A stretch of DNA of 30,320 nt from Gemmatimonadaceae bacterium (GTDB taxonomy: Bacteria; Gemmatimonadota; Gemmatimonadetes; Gemmatimonadales; Gemmatimonadaceae), in assembly GCA_040902005.1 (NCBI GenBank), contig JBBDYA010000056.1, positions 1,688 to 32,007 of the forward strand, given 5' to 3'. Below, piece by piece: positions 25,348 through 30,320 of the stretch (its first letter is position 1; the number at the start of each line of letters is the position of its first letter). The notes under the pieces were generated by a model that had not been told where the DNA came from, made no database searches, and saw only the letters and a list, made by a program, of their open reading frames with translations. The translations under genes and the position numbers were made by a program.

Positions 25348-26037
25348 ATGAGGCAGCGGTGGTCGGAGGGGCAGACCAGGAGCGCCGCGGTGTCGAGCGC
25401 GGCGATCAGCGTGCTGGCGCACGCCGCGATCGTCGCGTTTGCCGTGATCGAAACGGCGAGGGTGCCGGACGAAGAGGAGGAACTGCACCGGTTCGCCATC
25501 GTGCGTTTTCTGGCGCCCCCCAACCGCGCGGCGGGACAGGAGTTTCAGCCGGAGATGATTCGTTTCGTATCCATCGCGGTGCCGGAGGGCCTCCTGCGGG
25601 CGCCAGTCGTCCCCGTGTCGGAAGTCCCCGCGCCCGCCGTGGCGCTGGGGGCCGACCTCTTCGATGCGCCGGAAACGCCCGAGCTGCCGGGCGTCGATTC
25701 GGTGTTCTCGATCGTGGACGTTGACAGCGCGGCGAGTCGGTACGAATGGAGCGCCGCGCCGGCGTTTCCACCCAGTTTGCTCGAAGCGCGGATTCCCGGA
25801 TATGTGAAGGCCCAGTGGGTGGTGAACGAGTTCGGGTACGCGGATACCACGAGCCTGATCGTGCTGGAGGCCACGCATCCGGAATTCGGCAAGGCCGTCT
25901 CGGATGCGCTGCCGTACATGCGCTTTCGGCCGGCGAAGATCGGCGCCAGCGCCGTGCGACAGCGCGTGGAGCAGGAGTTCTATTTTCGCGTCACCGCGCC
26001 GGCCGACACGACGCGCGGCGCTCCCGCGGCGGCATGA
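25348..26037 (+). CDS. TonB family energy transducer
   Basis: TM helix with SVLAH, a Pro-rich linker and a TonB_C-like P.FP....GYVKAQWVV...RFRPA...VRQRVEQEFYF. Confidence 0.82.
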   Translation: MRQRWSEGQTRSAAVSSAAISVLAHAAIVAFAVIETARVPDEEEELHRFAIVRFLAPPNRAAGQEFQPEMIRFVSIAVPEGLLRAPVVPVSEVPAPAVALGADLFDAPETPELPGVDSVFSIVDVDSAASRYEWSAAPAFPPSLLEARIPGYVKAQWVVNEFGYADTTSLIVLEATHPEFGKAVSDALPYMRFRPAKIGASAVRQRVEQEFYFRVTAPADTTRGAPAAA

Positions 26038-26402
26038 GCCGACACACGGTGCGGCTGAAGGACATCGTCGTCGGCTGGTCGGATCTCGATGACGTCGATC
26101 CCGCCCTGGGACGCGCGCGCGGCCGCTTTCGCCCGGGCGTGGGGTACGAGCTGGTTCAACCGGTGTTCCAGCTGTACACCGAGGCGGTGCCGGCGCCCGG
26201 CGCGCAGGTGGCCGACGCGGAAAAGCTCGACCGGTACCATCGGTCGCGGGATGCGCTCGGACTGTCCCTGGAGGATGAGTCCGGCCGCGCCATCACCACG
26301 AGCGCGATTCACATTGCCGACTATTCCGATCGGCGCGGCGGGCACATCGAGCTGGACGTCCTGATCACGGATCGCGGCTACTGGGGCCGACGCGACCGCT
26401 GA
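26034..26402 (+). CDS. Hypothetical protein
   Basis: ATG at 26034 overlaps the tonB TGA. This is the real 3' part of ORF 25746..26402. Confidence 0.7.
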   Translation: MSRHTVRLKDIVVGWSDLDDVDPALGRARGRFRPGVGYELVQPVFQLYTEAVPAPGAQVADAEKLDRYHRSRDALGLSLEDESGRAITTSAIHIADYSDRRGGHIELDVLITDRGYWGRRDR

Positions 26403-26427
26403 TCCCGTGTGCGGAAGCGGAGGAAGT

Positions 26428-26698
26428 GTCCAGCGTTCGAACCACGGAGGGCCGGAGGTCACGGAGGGATGGGTCAAAGCGGGCGGCTGTTTGGCGCGGA
26501 TACAAGCCACGGAAGTTACGGAAGGATCAACGGATTAATTCCTTGGTGATTCGGCGAACGAGACTCGACCGCCGAGACAACAACAACATTCACGATCCGT
26601 AGTCGTTTCCGTTCATTCCGTGGCTTGTATCCGCGCCAAACAGCCGCCCGCTTGATCCATCCCCCCGTGCCCGCCGTGGTGCGCATCGACCGAACTCA
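26428..26698. mobile_element. Gene-less foldback (MITE/REP-like) element related to the GxxExxY cassette
   Basis: Perfect 38-bp inverted repeat (26477-26514 / 26616-26653) within imperfect arms of about 90 bp. Left end matches 8749-8771 (22/23). Right end matches 9321-9349 (27/29). Confidence 0.75.
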
Positions 26699-26724
26699 TC
26701 CGCGTCATCCGCGTCCATCCGCGT
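26697..26724. repeat. Short tandem array CATCCGCGT x3
   Basis: catccgcgt-catccgcgt-c-catccgcgt lies immediately past the dnaE2 stop. Confidence 0.85.
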
Positions 26725-26726
26725 TT

Positions 26727-29700
26727 TTAGTGGAAATCGTGGCTCTTCGCGTACTCCGCTCCCAGCTCGGCCTGGAGTCCGCGAAAGTGACGGGCGCGGA
26801 CGTTCACGACCCCCTGCTCGATCTGGAGCGCGCCGCGCACCAGCAACAGCGGCGTGGTTGAAATGAGCAGCGCCTGCTGCTCGAAGCGCCGGGGGGTGAT
26901 CACGACGTTCACCATGCCGGTCTCGTCCTCGAGCGTGAGGAAGACGAACCCCTTGGCCGTACCGGGCCGTTGGCGACAGATGACGAGTCCCGCGACCGCC
27001 ACCTGATCGCCATCGCGCGCGCGCTTCGCGAGTTCGGCGGCGGACAGCACGCCGTTCGGTTGCACCAATGGACGGAGATGCACCATGGGATGGCCGTTGA
27101 GCGAGAGGCCGGTCATGCGGTAGTCGGCCTCGGTGAGTTCCCCTGGCGACATGGCCGGCAAACGAGTTCTCGGCCGCGCCTTCGGCGCGGGTCGGTTCTC
27201 GGCGGCGCTTCGCGCCGGTGAAGCGTGCCCTGTTGCTGGCGGAGGGTGTTGTCTCGGGGCGAGTGGTCCCGCGTCGCCCCGGGCGGCGTCGAGCACGTTC
27301 CAGAGCGCGGCCCGGCGCCTGACCAGGTCTGGCTCGTGCGGCAGGAATCCGTCGAACGCGCCGGCCATCGCGAGGTGCCGCAGGGCCCGGCGATCGAAGC
27401 TCACGCGGCGCACGAAATCTTCGATCGAGGTGAAGGGTCCCTCCACGCGGGCACGCTCGAAGATCTCCCGGGACTTCGATCCGAGGCCCGTGATCAGGCG
27501 GAGGCCCAGACGCAAGAACGGCGGAGCCGGAGCGGGAGGGGGGAGACCGGCAGTCGGAGATGGGCGCGAGGTCGGCGTCGAGCCAGTGCGCGGTGCCCAT
27601 TTCCGACGTTGCAGGGAATGATCCCACCGCGACTGCCGGATGTCGATCGGCAGCACCCGCACCCCGTGGCGTTTGGCGTCCTCGATGATCGTGCCGGGCG
27701 CGTAGAACCCCATCGGCTGCGCGTTCAGGATCGCGGCGGTGAACTCCGGCGCGTAGTAGTGCTTGAGGTACGCGGACGCGTACACGAGCAGCGCGAAGCT
27801 CGCCGCGTGCGACTCCGGAAATCCGTAGTCGGCGAACGCATTGATCTGGTTATAAATCCGCATCGCGACGTCCTCGGCGATGCCGTTGGCCCGCATGCCA
27901 TCGATCAGTTTCTGGCAGATCGCGGACATGCGTTCGCGGCTGCGCTTGTGTCCCATGGCCTTTCTCAGCACGTCCGACTCACCTGGCGTGAAGCCGGCGC
28001 ACGCGACGGCGACCTGCATCCCCTGCTCCTGAAACAGCGGAACGCCCAGGGTGCGCTTGAGAATCGGCTCCAGCGCCGGATGCGGATACGTCACCGCTTC
28101 CAGTCCCGCGCGGCGCCGCAGGTACGGATGCACCATGTCGCCCTGGATCGGGCCGGGGCGGATGATCGCCACCTCCACGACCAGATCGTAGAAGCAGCGG
28201 GGCTTGAGACGCGGGAGCGTGTTCATCTGCGCGCGCGACTCCACCTGGAAGACGCCGATCGTGTCTGCCGCGCAGAGGTCGTCGTAGACCGCCTGGTCGT
28301 CCATGTCGAGCTTGGCAAGGTCCACGGTGATGCCGCGCGTGCGGCGCACGTAAGCGATGCACTTCTGGATCAAGGTGAGCATCCCGAGGCCCAGGATGTC
28401 GATCTTCACGAGTCCCACGGGATCGAGATCGTCCTTCTCCCACTGGATCACGGTGCGATCCTGCATGGACGCAGGCTCGATGGGCACCACGGTGCAGAGC
28501 GGTTCCCGGGTGAGCACGAAGCCGCCGACGTGAATGGACCGGTGGCGCGGCAGCTGATGCAGCCCGTCCACGAGATCCGGCAGCACGTGCACGCGCCGGT
28601 CGGCGGGGTCGAGCCCGGCGTGTGCGATGACTCCCGAGTCCTTTCCGCGCAATGCCTCCGCGGTAGCGCGCGCGGAGAACCGGTCCGAGAGCGTGGCGAG
28701 CCGGTCCGCCTGCTCCACGGAGAAGCCGAGGACGCGCGCGGCGTCGCGCACCGCGCTGCGGCCGCGCCAGGTGATCTGCTCGCAGACCATCGCCGCGTGA
28801 TCGCGTCCGTACTTGTCGTAGATGTACTGGATGACGTGCTCGCGCTCCTCGTGCGCGAAGTCGATGTCGATGTCCGGTGCCTCCGTGCGGTCCTCACTGA
28901 GAAACCGCTCGAAGAGCAGCCCGAGCGCGATGGGATCCACCGCGGTGATGCCCAGGCAGAAGCAGACGGCCGAGTTGGCGGCAGACCCGCGCCCCTGGCA
29001 GAGGATGCCGCGGCGGCGCGCGAACCGCACGATGTCCCAGACGATCAGGAAGTATCCCGCGAGTCCGAGCGTGCGGATGAGCGCGAGCTCGTGCGCGAGC
29101 TGCGCGTCGTGGCGGTCGGTTCGCCTGGCGCCCCACCGCTCCTCAGCGCCCTGCGCCACGAGGCGCTCGAGGTATTCGTCGGCCGAAACGCCGGGGGGGA
29201 GCGGAAACGCGGGGAGCGTTGGCGCGAGCTGCTCCATGCGAAACGCGCAGCGCTCCGCGATCGCCAGCGTCTGGCGGATCCCGCCCCCCCCCCCCTCCGG
29301 CGCGTGCTGCCAGCGCCGCGCCATCTGCGCGGCGCTCTTGAGGTACCACTCGCCGTTGGGGCGCAGCCGCGTTCCCATCTCGTCCAGCGTCCGCTCGTGC
29401 CTGAGACACGCGAGCACATCGTGGATCGCGCGGTCCCGTGCGCGCGCGTAGTGCACGTCGTTCGTCACGACCCACGGGATGCGCAGCGCGCGGGCGATGG
29501 CGATGAGCCGCGCCGACGTCTCGCGCTCCTCTGGGAGGCCGTGGTCCCAGCACTCGACGGCCACGCGGCGGTCGAAGATGTCGAGCCACGTGGCCACGAC
29601 ACTGCACGCCGCATCGACATCGCCTGCCGCCGCGAGCGACGGCGCCCAGCCGCGCGGACATCCCGTGAGCGCGAACAACCCGCCGGCATGGCGCGCCAGG

Positions 29701-30071
29701 GTGTCGAGGTCCACGCTCGGCGCGCCACGGTCGCTCCGCATGCGGGCGTGCGTGATGAGCGTGGAGAGGTGGCCGTAGCCCTCGCGCGTCTCGGCAAGGA
29801 GCACGATGTGATGGGAACCTGATGGGCCATGGCCGCTGTCCGAGATGGTCACTTCAGCCCCGATGATCGCGTCCACGCCACACGCGACGCCGGCCTGCGC
29901 AAACCGCACCGCGCCCCCGAGCTCGTCGTGGTCGGTGAGCGCGAGCGCGGGATAGCCCAGTTCCCTGGCGCGCTCCATCAGCGTTTCGGGGAGCGCGGCT
30001 CCGTCCAGGAGCGAGAACGCGGAATGGCAGTGCAGCTCGACGTAAGTCCCGTTTCGCTTCGCGTCAGTCAT
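26727..30071 (-). CDS. dnaE2: Error-prone DNA polymerase III alpha subunit DnaE2 (ImuC)
   Basis: YVELHCHSAFSLLDGA (PHP domain), GRGSAANS, PDIDIDF, HVGGFV, YGFPESHAASFA and RQRPGTAKG. Downstream of imuB. Start at ATG 30071. Confidence 0.95.
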   Translation of the reverse strand: MTDAKRNGTYVELHCHSAFSLLDGAALPETLMERARELGYPALALTDHDELGGAVRFAQAGVACGVDAIIGAEVTISDSGHGPSGSHHIVLLAETREGYGHLSTLITHARMRSDRGAPSVDLDTLARHAGGLFALTGCPRGWAPSLAAAGDVDAACSVVATWLDIFDRRVAVECWDHGLPEERETSARLIAIARALRIPWVVTNDVHYARARDRAIHDVLACLRHERTLDEMGTRLRPNGEWYLKSAAQMARRWQHAPEGGGGGIRQTLAIAERCAFRMEQLAPTLPAFPLPPGVSADEYLERLVAQGAEERWGARRTDRHDAQLAHELALIRTLGLAGYFLIVWDIVRFARRRGILCQGRGSAANSAVCFCLGITAVDPIALGLLFERFLSEDRTEAPDIDIDFAHEEREHVIQYIYDKYGRDHAAMVCEQITWRGRSAVRDAARVLGFSVEQADRLATLSDRFSARATAEALRGKDSGVIAHAGLDPADRRVHVLPDLVDGLHQLPRHRSIHVGGFVLTREPLCTVVPIEPASMQDRTVIQWEKDDLDPVGLVKIDILGLGMLTLIQKCIAYVRRTRGITVDLAKLDMDDQAVYDDLCAADTIGVFQVESRAQMNTLPRLKPRCFYDLVVEVAIIRPGPIQGDMVHPYLRRRAGLEAVTYPHPALEPILKRTLGVPLFQEQGMQVAVACAGFTPGESDVLRKAMGHKRSRERMSAICQKLIDGMRANGIAEDVAMRIYNQINAFADYGFPESHAASFALLVYASAYLKHYYAPEFTAAILNAQPMGFYAPGTIIEDAKRHGVRVLPIDIRQSRWDHSLQRRKWAPRTGSTPTSRPSPTAGLPPPAPAPPFLRLGLRLITGLGSKSREIFERARVEGPFTSIEDFVRRVSFDRRALRHLAMAGAFDGFLPHEPDLVRRRAALWNVLDAARGDAGPLAPRQHPPPATGHASPARSAAENRPAPKARPRTRLPAMSPGELTEADYRMTGLSLNGHPMVHLRPLVQPNGVLSAAELAKRARDGDQVAVAGLVICRQRPGTAKGFVFLTLEDETGMVNVVITPRRFEQQALLISTTPLLLVRGALQIEQGVVNVRARHFRGLQAELGAEYAKSHDFH

Positions 30072-30320
30072 ACCAGCCCTGCACCCACCAGCCCGCGGCA
30101 TCGCGGTACAGCACCAGCTCCCCGCAGTCCGCGTCGCTCTCGCAACGCCAGTAGTCGCGGCCGTAGCCGTCGTTCCACCAGTCGCCGGACAGCCGCTCGG
30201 GCCCGACGGCGCTCGAGACGGCGAGCGTGCGGCCGCGCCAGGTGATCCGGCGGGGCCCGGCGTCGCGGTCCACGGCGACCCGCTCCGGGTCCGGCAGGAG
30301 TCGCAGCGCAGGGAAGTGGG
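30064..30320 (-). CDS. imuB: ImuB (Y-family polymerase-like) C-terminus, truncated by the window edge
   Basis: LRLLPDPE...GPERLSGDWW...RDYW...LVLYRD...WWVQGWYD*, overlapping the dnaE2 start. Confidence 0.88.
   Translation of the reverse strand, partial: HFPALRLLPDPERVAVDRDAGPRRITWRGRTLAVSSAVGPERLSGDWWNDGYGRDYWRCESDADCGELVLYRDAAGWWVQGWYD

Noticed and set aside
26536..26594. Loop of the foldback element as a remnant of a GxxExxY gene or small ORF
   Set aside because: Only a weak FGER-like resemblance, with no start or convincing reading frame.
27225..29822. Long + strand ORF (865 aa) opposite dnaE2, and similar long ORFs such as 10107..12632, 14291..16315, 5985..7628 and 22774..24195
   Set aside because: Antisense shadow ORFs expected in high-GC DNA. 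They have no recognisable motifs and lie opposite well-supported genes.
30064..30320. LexA/SOS box for the imuB-dnaE2 cassette
   Set aside because: The operon promoter lies beyond the right edge of the window and cannot be assessed.

Overview
High-GC (about 70%, by eye) bacterial chromosome segment. Gene content and style suggest Gemmatimonadota, which is an inference. It carries about 33 CDSs and no rRNA, tRNA or CRISPR array that I can see. Housekeeping and metabolic genes include pfkA, sthA, an LD-carboxypeptidase, ispH, an xdhC-sufU-mocA-like cluster, yjcH-actP, an APC permease, a GHL10 hydrolase, DinB, RidA, TonB, dnaE2 and the 3' end of imuB. Highlights: (1) A 702-bp cassette (8661-9362) carrying a GxxExxY PD-(D/E)XK nuclease gene. 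It has terminal inverted repeats and exactly fills a reconstructable CTAG site between two convergent stop codons. A gene-less foldback element at 26428-26698 shares both of its inner end motifs, so the pair is a candidate undescribed nuclease-associated mobile-element family. (2) A four-gene operon: ECF sigma, membrane CBM48 anti-sigma candidate, secreted protein and a beta-barrel-like CBM48 protein, behind a CRP-like site. This is a candidate alpha-glucan-sensing envelope signalling system. (3) A CxxU Rdx/SelW selenoprotein with a SECIS-like hairpin, missed by the ORF track. (4) Two genes that appear to start at ATA codons overlapping the upstream stop. (5) A DExH helicase with an apparently permuted motif Ia.
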